Part shown: positions 48,940 through 58,850 of the stretch, piece by piece
Position numbering within the stretch: the stretch's first letter is position 1
Layout: every line of letters begins with the position of its first letter
Origin: a virus
IMG/VR virus record: IMGVR_UViG_3300035181_001974
Direction: 5' to 3' (one strand)
Length of the DNA: 64,000 bases
Made by a program: the position numbers and the translations under genes
The notes under the pieces: generated by a model
Seen by the model: only the letters and a program-made list of their open reading frames with translations
Told to the model about the DNA's origin: nothing
The model's database searches: none

Positions 48940-51900
48940 ATGACAGGTGATTTTGGTAGCCTCGAGAGTATCTTTCAAATGCTGCAGCCCGCAGATCTGT
49001 TGGCTGCGCAGAAGGTCAGTCTAGGTAGTGATGCCACGAACCGTAATTCTGTCCTACGTCAGCTGCAAAGGCTGATGCTCGAAGGTGGCAATGGTGGCGT
49101 CTATGATGCTGCCACGATGTTGGCCAAAATGCAAGAACTGTCGACCAAGTCGACGGGTGCGGAAGACCTTAAGTTGTTCAATCGGTTGATCAACTTTTAC
49201 ACGACTGCAGGCGCTGGCAAGCTGTCGGACGTGACATATCCGTACATCTATCAAGACGCTGACGGTAAGACGGTCAAGGATGACATCAGCGTTGACAAGA
49301 TCGTCGGATTTAAAGATCCCGACAAGATTCGCGGTGATCGCGATTTGAGCATCTTCGTCTCGCGGTCGCCCTTCATCACGCCAATGGCCCGTGATGCGCA
49401 GAAGGTCGAACTGTTCTTGAATTTCCTGCCGACGACGGTGATCTCGCGGTGCGTTCCGTACCTAGAGCTCGAGTTTGAGTTCGACCGCGGTATCAGTAAA
49501 GGCGACGACAAGGCCTTGACGTTGACCACCGCTGGCATGCTCAAGTTCCTATTGGGCGGCGACAAGCTACAGGCTGACACGCCTAACGCGGCAATGTTCG
49601 GCGCTAGGACGACGGTCGGCGAGGACAAAGACTCACAGCGCATGAAGTCGACGGCGGGAATGGAACTGTTCACAGCTCCTCAGACGTTGATCAACATGGA
49701 CCCGGTGACCGCCAAGCAAGGCAAGCGCTACGTTGACGTCATCGATCCAACACGGCCTTTTGCGTCCCTGGAGAACGTCACCATCAACGTGGCACCCACC
49801 GTGGGCATCATGTCCTACAAGAAGGCCACGGCGGTCATCAAGCTGCACGATCGCTCTAGGCTAGCTGAGTTGGCCGACCTGATTCAGCCCACGACCTACA
49901 CACGCACCACAGTGTGGCTGACGTACGGCTGGCGACATCCATACGAGCCAGCATCTGACACAAAGTCGACGCAGACGTACGCTGACTTCATCAACAACAA
50001 CATGTTGATCCGCGAGGCGTACGGCGTCATGAACGCAGGCTTTGCGTTCGACCAGGTCGGTCAAGTGACGATCACCTTGGAGTTGTTCACCAAGTCAGTC
50101 TCTGAGATGCGCGACATCAAGGTCACTGATGATCCAGAGGAAGGTTTCAAGCAGATCTCGCAGAAGATTGAGGACCTTGCTCGACAGATCGGTGAACTTC
50201 GCCGTGCCTACAACCTCAATCCACCTACTGGTCTCAACAAGGAGATCCGCGGGTTCATGGTCCTCGATACCGCTGAACAAGGCGGATTTCCAAATCTGAA
50301 GCCCAACGAGGTGTTGGACGCGATCACTGCGCTCGAGACGGCACTGCGAAACTCAGGCAAGATTGGCGCAGGTACATCAGATCCATTGATCGCCAAGCTG
50401 AAGCAACTGTACGCTTCAGCGGGCGGTGCCAATAAGGACGTCTTTGATTACCAGCAGCAGTACAAGAACATTGCGTCTTCATACGTAGCGCGGAAGTTTG
50501 AGGAACTGTCGAGGGGGCCAGATCCATTCTTGCCTTTCAGGGTCAAGGATGACAAGCGTAAGGCTGAGGCGGGACCCGATGATTCGCATCCGCTGCTGAA
50601 GGAGATGGAGACGTACCTGAAATCAGATCCCTTGAGCGACGATCTGAAGAAGGACGGCCTGAAGAAAGGCTACTGCTCGTTCGGCAAGCTCTTCAGCGTC
50701 TTTATGGGCCCGGCCTTGTTCACCGTCAAGAGCGTCGACGAATTTCAACTGTTGTTCTACACCTTGAACGACAAGTGCGGTCCGGCCTCAGCCATCAGCA
50801 TCGCCGAGTTTCCAATCGACCTTCCCGTCTTTTTGCGACAGTACAAGGAAGTTATCGAATCCCGTGGCACCACGACGATGACGATTGAACAGTTTGTCAA
50901 GTTGGCCATCGACGCTCAGCTGCAGGATCCTCGCGCCATCGGGTATGGATTCAAGTCAGCGCAGGTCTTCAAACCTTGGGATCCTAAAGGCCGCGATCCA
51001 GCATTCAAGGACAATGCAACGGCATCACAGTACGACCAGTTGATCTGGTCGGTCAACGGCCAGCGCGGCGCATTTCAGATGCCACAGATCGAGGTCTACA
51101 TTGAGACGACGCACGCCAAGGCGTCATCTAGTGATGCCACCAAGGACGTGCCGACTGACCTACTGCGTTACTACGAGGGTTCACCGTCAAAGCCGGGCTC
51201 AGCGGGTTTCTCAAAGATCAAGAAGATCGTCCGCGTTCACATCTATGACAAGACCGTTAACCCGTACCGCGCTGCCGGCGCGCTGCTGCGGGCCGACACG
51301 CCTTTGGGCTCTGCCTCGTCGATCTATGAAGTCGATGCAAATTCCTGGGTTAAGGCATACCACGGGGATGACGAGAAGACGGTCACCACGGCGGGACCGC
51401 TGAAGACCAAGATTGCATCTAAGACTGCGACAGCGAGCGACTCAAATGACAGCCCGATTCACGTGAAGCTGATCGAGGTCACTGAGGTCTCTAGCAACCA
51501 GAGCATCAAGCACCTGGTCTCCAAGATGGTGCCCAGCCTCGTCTATGGCATGAATGCCTCGGGAATCATCGATGCATCGGTTCAGACGAAGCACGATGCT
51601 AACCTGACCGCAGCGCAGCTGTTGGGCCTCAATTCGGGCAAGAAGGTCCAGGCGACTCCACAGGGCGGCGGCATGGGTGGACTGCCTTTGAAGGTGATTC
51701 CTGCAGCATTGACGCTGCGGACGATAGGTTGTCCGTTGTTGAACTACTCGCAACTGTTCTTTATTGACTTCAACACCGGCACCACGTTGGACAACATCTA
51801 CGGCATCTCTGGTTTGACGCACACTCTGGCACCGGGCAAGTTCGAATCGAGCCTAACAATGGCCTTCTATGATGCCTATGGCAAATATGAAGGCGCGCCG

Positions 51901-51948
51901 CAGCTCGTTGACAAGATTAAGTCACATCCCTTGGTCCTCGATAAGTGA
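48940..51948 (+). CDS. Large baseplate/tail protein (1002 aa)
   Basis: ATGA-coupled to the protein X-like gene. Large ORF. Confidence 0.5.
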   Translation: MTGDFGSLESIFQMLQPADLLAAQKVSLGSDATNRNSVLRQLQRLMLEGGNGGVYDAATMLAKMQELSTKSTGAEDLKLFNRLINFYTTAGAGKLSDVTYPYIYQDADGKTVKDDISVDKIVGFKDPDKIRGDRDLSIFVSRSPFITPMARDAQKVELFLNFLPTTVISRCVPYLELEFEFDRGISKGDDKALTLTTAGMLKFLLGGDKLQADTPNAAMFGARTTVGEDKDSQRMKSTAGMELFTAPQTLINMDPVTAKQGKRYVDVIDPTRPFASLENVTINVAPTVGIMSYKKATAVIKLHDRSRLAELADLIQPTTYTRTTVWLTYGWRHPYEPASDTKSTQTYADFINNNMLIREAYGVMNAGFAFDQVGQVTITLELFTKSVSEMRDIKVTDDPEEGFKQISQKIEDLARQIGELRRAYNLNPPTGLNKEIRGFMVLDTAEQGGFPNLKPNEVLDAITALETALRNSGKIGAGTSDPLIAKLKQLYASAGGANKDVFDYQQQYKNIASSYVARKFEELSRGPDPFLPFRVKDDKRKAEAGPDDSHPLLKEMETYLKSDPLSDDLKKDGLKKGYCSFGKLFSVFMGPALFTVKSVDEFQLLFYTLNDKCGPASAISIAEFPIDLPVFLRQYKEVIESRGTTTMTIEQFVKLAIDAQLQDPRAIGYGFKSAQVFKPWDPKGRDPAFKDNATASQYDQLIWSVNGQRGAFQMPQIEVYIETTHAKASSSDATKDVPTDLLRYYEGSPSKPGSAGFSKIKKIVRVHIYDKTVNPYRAAGALLRADTPLGSASSIYEVDANSWVKAYHGDDEKTVTTAGPLKTKIASKTATASDSNDSPIHVKLIEVTEVSSNQSIKHLVSKMVPSLVYGMNASGIIDASVQTKHDANLTAAQLLGLNSGKKVQATPQGGGMGGLPLKVIPAALTLRTIGCPLLNYSQLFFIDFNTGTTLDNIYGISGLTHTLAPGKFESSLTMAFYDAYGKYEGAPQLVDKIKSHPLVLDK

Positions 51949-51980
51949 CCGTGTAATCGTGGCCTTTTGCGAGTTACGAT

Positions 51981-53207
51981 TTGCTCGTGACAGAACCTTT
52001 TTGCATTGACTCGCGGTTGATGGGCACGGAACGTCACCTGTACGTCGACACGGGTTACCGCTGGGTCGACGATGTGCCTTTGGGCGTCTGGCACCTGTCG
52101 GGCCAGGTGAAGCTGCGTTCTGACAGGTGCCTGGACACTGTGATGCGTCTAGCGGGCAAGGAGATTTCCTCTCGACCACCCGAGAGATTCATCAATGCAA
52201 TGAACCTGTTGATGTCGGGTTCTAACGTGCAGCCGCCGTGGTCACAGGTGATGCCAGAAAGGGAACACCGCGGCCTCGTAAAAAGCCTCATAAATGAGGC
52301 CACTGTTGCCTTGGACACCCTATCACGAGATTATTACGTGAACACGTGGGTTCCCCAATCGGCCGTCCTCAGGTCGTTGCAACCTGCACGTGTTGACAAG
52401 GCTCGGTACCTAGAGCTGCGGGCGTCCGCGGGAAACAATGCTAAGGTGATTGAGAGCTTTCAACCTGACAGCGACGGCATGGCAACCATCGTTGACTATG
52501 ATCGCTTCGGAACACGCACTGGGCGCTTGACGACCGCAAGCGGGCCCGCGATCCTTAGCTTGAAGCGAGAGTTCCGCGACATGGTAGTACCCGTCGAGGA
52601 AGGTGGTGCCATTGCCTACGTTGACTTCGCGGCATTGGAGGCCCGTGTCCTGCTGTACGAGGCCGGTGGTCGTTGCGAAGACGCTGACATGTACACGTTC
52701 ATTTCCCGTGAGTTGTTTGCTGGGACCGCCTCACGGAACGCCATCAAGCAGGCCGTTATCTCTGAGCTCTACGGATCTGGCAAGCATTCATTGGGTGAGG
52801 TGCTCGGGATCGAAGGCAAGGAACTCAACGACTTCGTTGGCAAGGTCAAGCGATTCTTTCGTACCAAGGAACTGTTGAAGCGTGTCAAGGACGAGTTCAT
52901 CAAGACAGGCCACGTCACCAATCGCTATGGCAGGTCGCTGTTGATCGAGGAACCGCTTGATCACATCCTCATCAATACGTATGCCCAGTCGACCGGTGTT
53001 GACGTTAGCCTCCTCGGGTTTTCAGAGCTCGTCAACCAGTTCTCGGGATTGCCCGGCGTCAGGCCCATCTTTGTGCTGCACGATGCGCTACTGCTCGATG
53101 TGGCGCCTGATTGCATTGACATCGTCAAATCAATTGACAAGGTGCGAGTTCCGGGCTACGTCAATTATTTTCCATTGAAGTGCGAGTTCATTACTTGTAC
53201 ACGGTGA
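51981..53207 (+). CDS. Family A DNA polymerase, polymerase domain only (408 aa, no 3'-5' exonuclease domain)
   Basis: TGRLTTASGPAILSL matches the pre-motif-A signature TGRLSS.PNLQN. DFAALEARVL is motif A. RNAIKQAVISELYG is motif B. VLHDALLL is motif C with Ala in place of the usual Glu. Confidence 0.75.
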   Translation: MLVTEPFCIDSRLMGTERHLYVDTGYRWVDDVPLGVWHLSGQVKLRSDRCLDTVMRLAGKEISSRPPERFINAMNLLMSGSNVQPPWSQVMPEREHRGLVKSLINEATVALDTLSRDYYVNTWVPQSAVLRSLQPARVDKARYLELRASAGNNAKVIESFQPDSDGMATIVDYDRFGTRTGRLTTASGPAILSLKREFRDMVVPVEEGGAIAYVDFAALEARVLLYEAGGRCEDADMYTFISRELFAGTASRNAIKQAVISELYGSGKHSLGEVLGIEGKELNDFVGKVKRFFRTKELLKRVKDEFIKTGHVTNRYGRSLLIEEPLDHILINTYAQSTGVDVSLLGFSELVNQFSGLPGVRPIFVLHDALLLDVAPDCIDIVKSIDKVRVPGYVNYFPLKCEFITCTR

Positions 53208-53229
53208 ACGTGAAGGGTACGATTCTTAC

Positions 53230-53817
53230 ATGTCGCTGACAGCAGAAGAGATTGAGAAGAGCTTCAACAAGTACCGCGCATTGTGCGAAAAGCTCGGCCC
53301 GCGCTCCACTGATGCCCTAGCCTTGGTTGACGGCCTGGGTGAGCGCCTAGCACTGTGTCCTGCCTCGGGTAAGAAGGATTATCACAACGCCTTTCCGGGC
53401 GGGTTGGTGGACCATTCGTTGCGCGTCCTTGGCAATGCCATGACGTATGTGAAGTCGATGGGGTGGACGGTCCCGAAGGACTCGCTCATCATCAGCTGCC
53501 TTTTCCACGATCTGGGCAAGGTCGGCGACCATGAGAAGGACTACTACGTCCTTGCCGAAGACTGGCAGGCGAAGCGCGGTGAGCTCTATTCGTACAACCG
53601 CGAGATCGATCACATGTCGGTGCCTCATCGCGGCGTCTTCCTCTGCAATCACTACGGTCTGAAGTTGACGCGGGATGAGACGCTGGCCATCCTCTTGAAC
53701 GACGGTTGGGTCGTCGAAGAGAACAAACAGTACTGCCTCAAGGAACCGTTGCTGGCTCACGTTGTCATGACCGCAGACTACGTCTCGACGATGCAGGAGA
53801 AGGGTCGCTTTCCCTGA
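53230..53817 (+). CDS. HD-domain phosphohydrolase
   Basis: H..FPGGLVDHSL ... LFHDLGK (HD motif). Confidence 0.65.
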   Translation: MSLTAEEIEKSFNKYRALCEKLGPRSTDALALVDGLGERLALCPASGKKDYHNAFPGGLVDHSLRVLGNAMTYVKSMGWTVPKDSLIISCLFHDLGKVGDHEKDYYVLAEDWQAKRGELYSYNREIDHMSVPHRGVFLCNHYGLKLTRDETLAILLNDGWVVEENKQYCLKEPLLAHVVMTADYVSTMQEKGRFP

Positions 53818-53876
53818 AAAGTGACCCGCTGCGTCGCTGAGTTCAACAAATCCGGCTCGTGGTCATACTTATTAGT

Positions 53877-54119
53877 ATGGGCAAGACATTGCTCGTGCGG
53901 TATGTTAGGATGGTCCTCGAGTCGGCCAGGGATGCTCGCGTTCCAAACCAGCTCATTGAACCGGACACGGGATCGGAAGACGGAAAGAAGCGTGATGAGG
54001 TTGAAGACGTCAATGAGTTTTCGGGTGTTGGAGCCGTCGCTGGGTACACCGCGCCGCTGGGTGCGAACCCTGACGCCATGGGTCGCAGGAAGAACGCCGG
54101 CAAAAAGCGCCGGAAGTGA
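53877..54119 (+). CDS. Hypothetical small basic protein
   Basis: Charged ORF. The alternative overlapping frame 53821..54192 is Ser/Arg-rich and was rejected. Confidence 0.3.
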   Translation: MGKTLLVRYVRMVLESARDARVPNQLIEPDTGSEDGKKRDEVEDVNEFSGVGAVAGYTAPLGANPDAMGRRKNAGKKRRK

Positions 54120-54275
54120 CAGCGCTCCACCGACGAAATCTGGCCACCACATCGATTGTGATGGTAGGACGTTTTGTCTCTTGAACTTGTGAAAGCTTGA
54201 TCTGTAAGATGGTATGAGCCGCATGGTGCGGTCCATTCCGTCGATTCATGGAATACGGAAAAGGTAGAGGAAATC

Positions 54276-55178
54276 ATGGCAGTAGATCTCGAGGCGATTC
54301 GTCGCCGCATGGCAGAACTCAATGGCACGAAGAAGACGTCGTCGGTCCAACTCTGGAAGCCGGGCGTCGGTGAGTACAGGATCCGTTGTCTTCCATGGAA
54401 GAACAACTCTTCAGAGAATCCGTTCATGGAGCGTTGGTTCTACTACATCGGCACCAACGCCGGCATTCTGTCTCCCAAGCAGTTCAACAAGCCCGATCCG
54501 ATTGACGATCTGATCAAGAAGCTCTTCAGCAGCGGTAAGCCTGACGACAGGCTCTTGGCAAAGAAGTTGCTCCCAAAGATGCGTGCCTATGCTCCGGTCA
54601 TCGTTCGCGGTCAGGAAGACAAGGGCGTGATGGTTTGGAGCTTCGGCAAGATCGTCTATCAGCAGCTACTGGGTTTTTTCCTCGATGAGGACTATGGCGA
54701 CATCCTGGACCCGAACGAAGGGTTCGACCTCAAGGTCGTTATCTCCCAGGCGCCTGGCAAGCAGTTCCAGGACACCGCCGTCTCTTGCAAGCCGAAGGCC
54801 AGCAAGCTGCATGATGATTCGAAGCAGGCGCAGTCCTGGCTCGACGCAGTCCCCAACCTTGATGACATGTATCGCCTGAAGTCCAAGGAAGAGATCGAGT
54901 CGATCCTTAGCACCTGGCTCTCGGGCGGCGAGAGCTCCTCGGGTGACGAGGGCACTCAGCGTGGTTCTGCCGCTCCTAAGGACCAGCTCGACGAGCTGGT
55001 GAAGGACGTGCGCGGCGCCAAAGCCCATGATGAACCTGCGGCTCCCAAGGCTGAGGCAGTGAAGCCGGCGAAGGCTTCGCCTCGCAAGCCCAAGGTTGAT
55101 GATGACGATGCTTCGGCCGCACCGGTGAAGAAGCAGACGCTTGACGAGGCGTTCGACGAGTTGATGGACAACGAATAA
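54276..55178 (+). CDS. Single-stranded DNA-binding protein (T4 gp32-like)
   Basis: MAELNGTKKTSS...IRCLPWKNN..ENPF parallels T4 gp32 AKLNGNKGFSS...IRFLPSKNDEQAPF. Acidic C-terminal tail DEAFDELMDNE. Confidence 0.75.
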   Translation: MAVDLEAIRRRMAELNGTKKTSSVQLWKPGVGEYRIRCLPWKNNSSENPFMERWFYYIGTNAGILSPKQFNKPDPIDDLIKKLFSSGKPDDRLLAKKLLPKMRAYAPVIVRGQEDKGVMVWSFGKIVYQQLLGFFLDEDYGDILDPNEGFDLKVVISQAPGKQFQDTAVSCKPKASKLHDDSKQAQSWLDAVPNLDDMYRLKSKEEIESILSTWLSGGESSSGDEGTQRGSAAPKDQLDELVKDVRGAKAHDEPAAPKAEAVKPAKASPRKPKVDDDDASAAPVKKQTLDEAFDELMDNE

Positions 55179-55188
55179 GTGAGGCGAC

Positions 55189-56433
55189 ATGGCGAGGGCA
55201 GCTAAGGCAGCCCCCAACGTCGATTCCGAGAAGACGTCTAAGAAGAAGCCGGGGGATGAGATCGATGATCTCACCTCCGACCTCATCAAGGCGCTCAACA
55301 AGGAGTTCGGCGTCCGGGTGGCGTACAATCTGAGTGAGGACGAAGCACCGACGGTTGTTAAGCGGTGGATCGACACAGGGTCGATCCAACTGAACTACGC
55401 GATTCGAAATGCTCTCGGGGGCGGTTATCCCGAGGGACGCATCATCGAGATCTCTGGCCTGCCTTCATCGGGCAAGTCACACCTTGCATACCATGCAGCA
55501 GCAGTCGTCCAGTCGATGGGCGGTCTCGTTGTTTACGTAGACACTGAGAACGCGACGCCGCTTGATAAGCTGCGGCACATGGGCATCAACGTGGCGAAGA
55601 AATTCGTCTATTGCGATACCCACTGCACCGAGGAGGTCTTCGCCATCGTGGAGTCCACGATCAACAAGGCGAAGCAGATCGTCGACAAAAACATCCCGAT
55701 CCTCGTGATTTGGGACTCCGTCGCTGCCACCTCGCCGAAGGCAGAGCTCGACGGCGACTACGACCAGAACACGGTCGGTCTGCAGGCCCGCGTCATCAGC
55801 AAGGGTATGCGCAAGATCACTGGCGTCATCGGTCAGAATAACGTGACGTTCATCTGCATCAACCAGCTCCGCGAAAAGATCGGGGTGATGCACGGTGATC
55901 CGATGACGACCCCGGGTGGCAAGGCCATTCCGTTCCACGCCTCGCTGCGGATTCGATTGGGCTCAGGCAGCCCCATCAAGGACAAGGCAGGCAACATCAT
56001 CGGCATTCACGTGACCGTCTCTATCAAGAAGAACAAGGTCGCGGCGCCTTTCCGAAAGTGTGAGTTCGACATTCACTTCGGCAAAGGCATTGTGGAACAC
56101 ACCTTCATCTTCGATGAGTGTCGCTCATGGTGCGATAAGAACAAGGTCTTTGCCGATTACACGGACTCCAAGGGGAACGTGAAGAAGGTGGAGATCAAGA
56201 TTTCAGGTACCCAGGCCTGGAAGGAACTGCTCGTCAGCGATGCTGAGACGGGTGAAGTCCTGATCGAGAAGAAGTTCTACAAGGACGACTTCGGTGATTT
56301 GATGAAGGACGAGGTCTTCAAGCCTTTCATCGACAAGGTCATTGACGCAGCATTGACCGTTCACGGTGGCGAGGTGGCGGGAGAAGGCGAAACGCCTGAC
56401 TCTGATGACGATGAGGTCGTGGGCGATGACTGA
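55189..56433 (+). CDS. RecA-family recombinase (UvsX-like)
   Basis: Walker A GLPSSGKSH, Walker B ILVIWDSVAA, and RecA-like core blocks. Confidence 0.75.
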   Translation: MARAAKAAPNVDSEKTSKKKPGDEIDDLTSDLIKALNKEFGVRVAYNLSEDEAPTVVKRWIDTGSIQLNYAIRNALGGGYPEGRIIEISGLPSSGKSHLAYHAAAVVQSMGGLVVYVDTENATPLDKLRHMGINVAKKFVYCDTHCTEEVFAIVESTINKAKQIVDKNIPILVIWDSVAATSPKAELDGDYDQNTVGLQARVISKGMRKITGVIGQNNVTFICINQLREKIGVMHGDPMTTPGGKAIPFHASLRIRLGSGSPIKDKAGNIIGIHVTVSIKKNKVAAPFRKCEFDIHFGKGIVEHTFIFDECRSWCDKNKVFADYTDSKGNVKKVEIKISGTQAWKELLVSDAETGEVLIEKKFYKDDFGDLMKDEVFKPFIDKVIDAALTVHGGEVAGEGETPDSDDDEVVGDD

Positions 56434-56875
56434 CAAGGACTACTTCGTCACCAAGGTCACCATCAAGTTTCGCGGTCCCAATGCGCCGGCCTATCAAACG
56501 GCCGGCGCGGCGGGCTGTGACATCATTGCTGACGAGGACAAGGAAGTCAGGGCGCATGGCCAGGCACTGATCTCGACGGGATTGTTCCTCGAAATTCCGC
56601 CTGGGTACGAGGGACAGGTTCGATCGCGGTCAGGTCTGGCTGCAAAGCATGGAATCTCCGTGTTGAACTCACCAGGAACCATTGATTCTGACTACCGAGG
56701 CGAGGTGAAGGTCATCCTGCGCAATTCTTCGAACACTCACTTCTATGTTCGAAAAGGCGACAGGATTGCCCAATTGGTGATTGCGCCAGTTATTCAGGCG
56801 GTCTTCGAGGGCTCGGAAGAGCTATCGTTGACTGATCGCGGACAGGGCGGCTTCGGTAGCACGGGGAGGCAGTGA
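56426..56875 (+). CDS. dut: dUTP diphosphatase
   Basis: GAAGCDI, RSGLAAKHG, GTIDSDYRGE, GDRIAQLV and RGQGGFGSTG match dUTPase motifs 1-5. The start overlaps the recombinase stop by 8 nt. Confidence 0.9.
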   Translation: MTDKDYFVTKVTIKFRGPNAPAYQTAGAAGCDIIADEDKEVRAHGQALISTGLFLEIPPGYEGQVRSRSGLAAKHGISVLNSPGTIDSDYRGEVKVILRNSSNTHFYVRKGDRIAQLVIAPVIQAVFEGSEELSLTDRGQGGFGSTGRQ

Positions 56876-56976
56876 CGGATGGACGTCAGGCTGCAGTGGA
56901 AGATTGATGACACGATAGCCTTGAGATTCAGCGACGTGACGTTTTACAGCGTCTCGTTCCCAGATCTCTGAAGCCA

Positions 56977-57838
56977 TCACATCACGGTATGCGTCGTGGT
57001 GTGTGTGGCCTCGTAGATCCGTGAGTTAAGGTGCCAATAGTTCCCATTGACTTCGATGAACGTCTTGATCGATGGGATGAAGATGTCGAAGACGTACGTG
57101 GTGTCATTGACAGTGAGCCAACGTGAGTGTTGAGCGTCTGGAAAGACGGTGAGCGCTTGATCGTAGATACGTTTTTCGAGCTTACTACGCATTACAGAAC
57201 CGTCGCCGTATGAAAATTTGCCATTTGCACACATGCGCTTGGTATTTTCACTATGTTTTTGACATTCATGTGCAGGAATGATGCGATCTAAGTGCGAGGG
57301 CTCACCACCCAGTTCAAAAAAGCGTTTTTGCTTTACGCATCTTTTGCCACGCCTCATCTGACATTTTCTTACCACGCATCGGTGTGTGTTCCTTCGTCTA
57401 CTCAGAATGACGCTGTGAATGAAACTGAAAGTAGCCGTTCTTACGCTTGGTTTGTACGGCCTTCTTCATAGCCTCAATGTGTTTTTCTTTCGACCAGGTG
57501 CCACGCTCGAAGCGTGTGCGTGATGCTTCGCTGATCTTAGCTTTTGTCTCTTCTAATCGTTTCTTTCCTCGATTTGCATCAGCGATTTTAGCGTTCCACT
57601 TCGGAGTTCGGTTTTGTTTGCGCCCACGCCGTTTGTCAGCAGATTTTACAGCACAACCGGCGATGATCTTCTGAGCATATGTCGTGTATTCCTCGCCCAG
57701 AGCGTTTTGAAGGGTAGCAGTGACCTTGTTCCGTGAGAGACCGTACTTTAGCATGAGCTCTGGGATGCTGGCGCCAGAACAGAACAAATTACGCATCTCA
57801 TTGATGTTCTCTGGCGGTATGACGATCTTGGTAGGCAT
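56977..57838 (-). pseudogene. Homing-endonuclease-like gene, frameshifted into two ORFs: an N-terminal NUMOD3-like DNA-binding part (57398-57838) and a C-terminal Cys-rich plus DUF559/Vsr-like nuclease part (56977-57375)
   Basis: GKKRLEETKAKISEA is a NUMOD3-like motif. ...YVFDIFIPSIKTFIEVNGNYWH is nuclease motif paralogous to the 10247 gene. The downstream frame stays open across the junction (57376-57450). The only minus-strand genes in the window, in a lower-GC island. Confidence 0.55.
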
Positions 57839-57872
57839 GGTATAGATCCTGTATTGGGTAGGCGGTATTGAA

Positions 57873-58850
57873 ATGCAAAATAACGTACAAAGACCTGTCC
57901 TTATTGTGGATAGTATGAACCTCTTCGTACGTAGCTACAGTGCGTACCCCTCGATGAGCGCCCATGGCTACCAAATGGGCGGTTGCATCGGATTCCTGAA
58001 GACGCTTCAACGTCTCGTCAACGAGATCGGACCTTCGGCGGTCTACATCGCTTGGGAGGGCGGAGGCTCACAGAGGCGTCGAGCCCTCTATTCCGAGTAC
58101 AAGCTCAACCGAAAACCCGGGAAGCTAAACCGCTTCTATGAGGACGACATCCCAGACACAGAAGAGAATCGTCAGCACCAGATCATCGCGTTGCTCGGCA
58201 TGCTGAAGTGTTGCCCGGTTTGTCAGATCTACGTTTCGGACTGTGAGGGTGACGATGTCATCGCCTACCTAGCTCGTGGTCCCTTCAAGGCTGTCCCCAA
58301 GGTCATCGCTTCCAGCGACAAGGACATGTACCAGTTGCTAGACGAGAACACTCGAGTCTACAATTTGCACAAGAAGACCTACATCGTCCCGGAAGACGTT
58401 GTCAAGGACTTCCGAGTGCAGCCTCACAACTTCGCCTTGGCCAAGGCACTGTGTGGTGACCCGAGCGACAACATTCCGGGCGTCAAAGGTTTAGGCTTCA
58501 AGACTGTCGCTCGCGTGCTGCCTTTCTTGTCTCTAGAAGAGGAAGTGTTGCTCGAGGACGTGCTCAAGTTTTGTCACTCTCATGCTGACGAGAGCGTGCT
58601 CTATCAACGTATCGTTGATCATGAGGAAGAGGTCAAGCGTAACTGGAAGTTGGTGTTCCTCGATGGTTCAATGCTATCAGCGCACCAGGCTTCGAAGGTT
58701 GACCACCTGATCAGTACATTTAGACCCCGCATCGATAGGATGGGGCTGATCAAGGCCCTTATCAAAGAGGGCGTCAATGACTTTGATGCAGAAGGTTTCT
58801 TCTACGCGTTCAACGGCATCGACAACCTAGGCAACAAATCAGAGGAATGA
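57873..58850 (+). CDS. 5'-3' exonuclease / RNase H (FEN family, T4 rnh-like)
   Basis: LIVDSMNLFVRSY, SSDKDMYQLL and GDPSDNIPGVKGLGFKTVARVL (helix-3-turn-helix region). Confidence 0.8.
   Translation: MQNNVQRPVLIVDSMNLFVRSYSAYPSMSAHGYQMGGCIGFLKTLQRLVNEIGPSAVYIAWEGGGSQRRRALYSEYKLNRKPGKLNRFYEDDIPDTEENRQHQIIALLGMLKCCPVCQIYVSDCEGDDVIAYLARGPFKAVPKVIASSDKDMYQLLDENTRVYNLHKKTYIVPEDVVKDFRVQPHNFALAKALCGDPSDNIPGVKGLGFKTVARVLPFLSLEEEVLLEDVLKFCHSHADESVLYQRIVDHEEEVKRNWKLVFLDGSMLSAHQASKVDHLISTFRPRIDRMGLIKALIKEGVNDFDAEGFFYAFNGIDNLGNKSEE

Noticed and set aside
53821-54192. 123-aa ORF overlapping the 53877-54119 frame.
   Set aside because: Ser/Arg/Trp-rich composition and no RBS. The other frame encodes a plausible charged protein.
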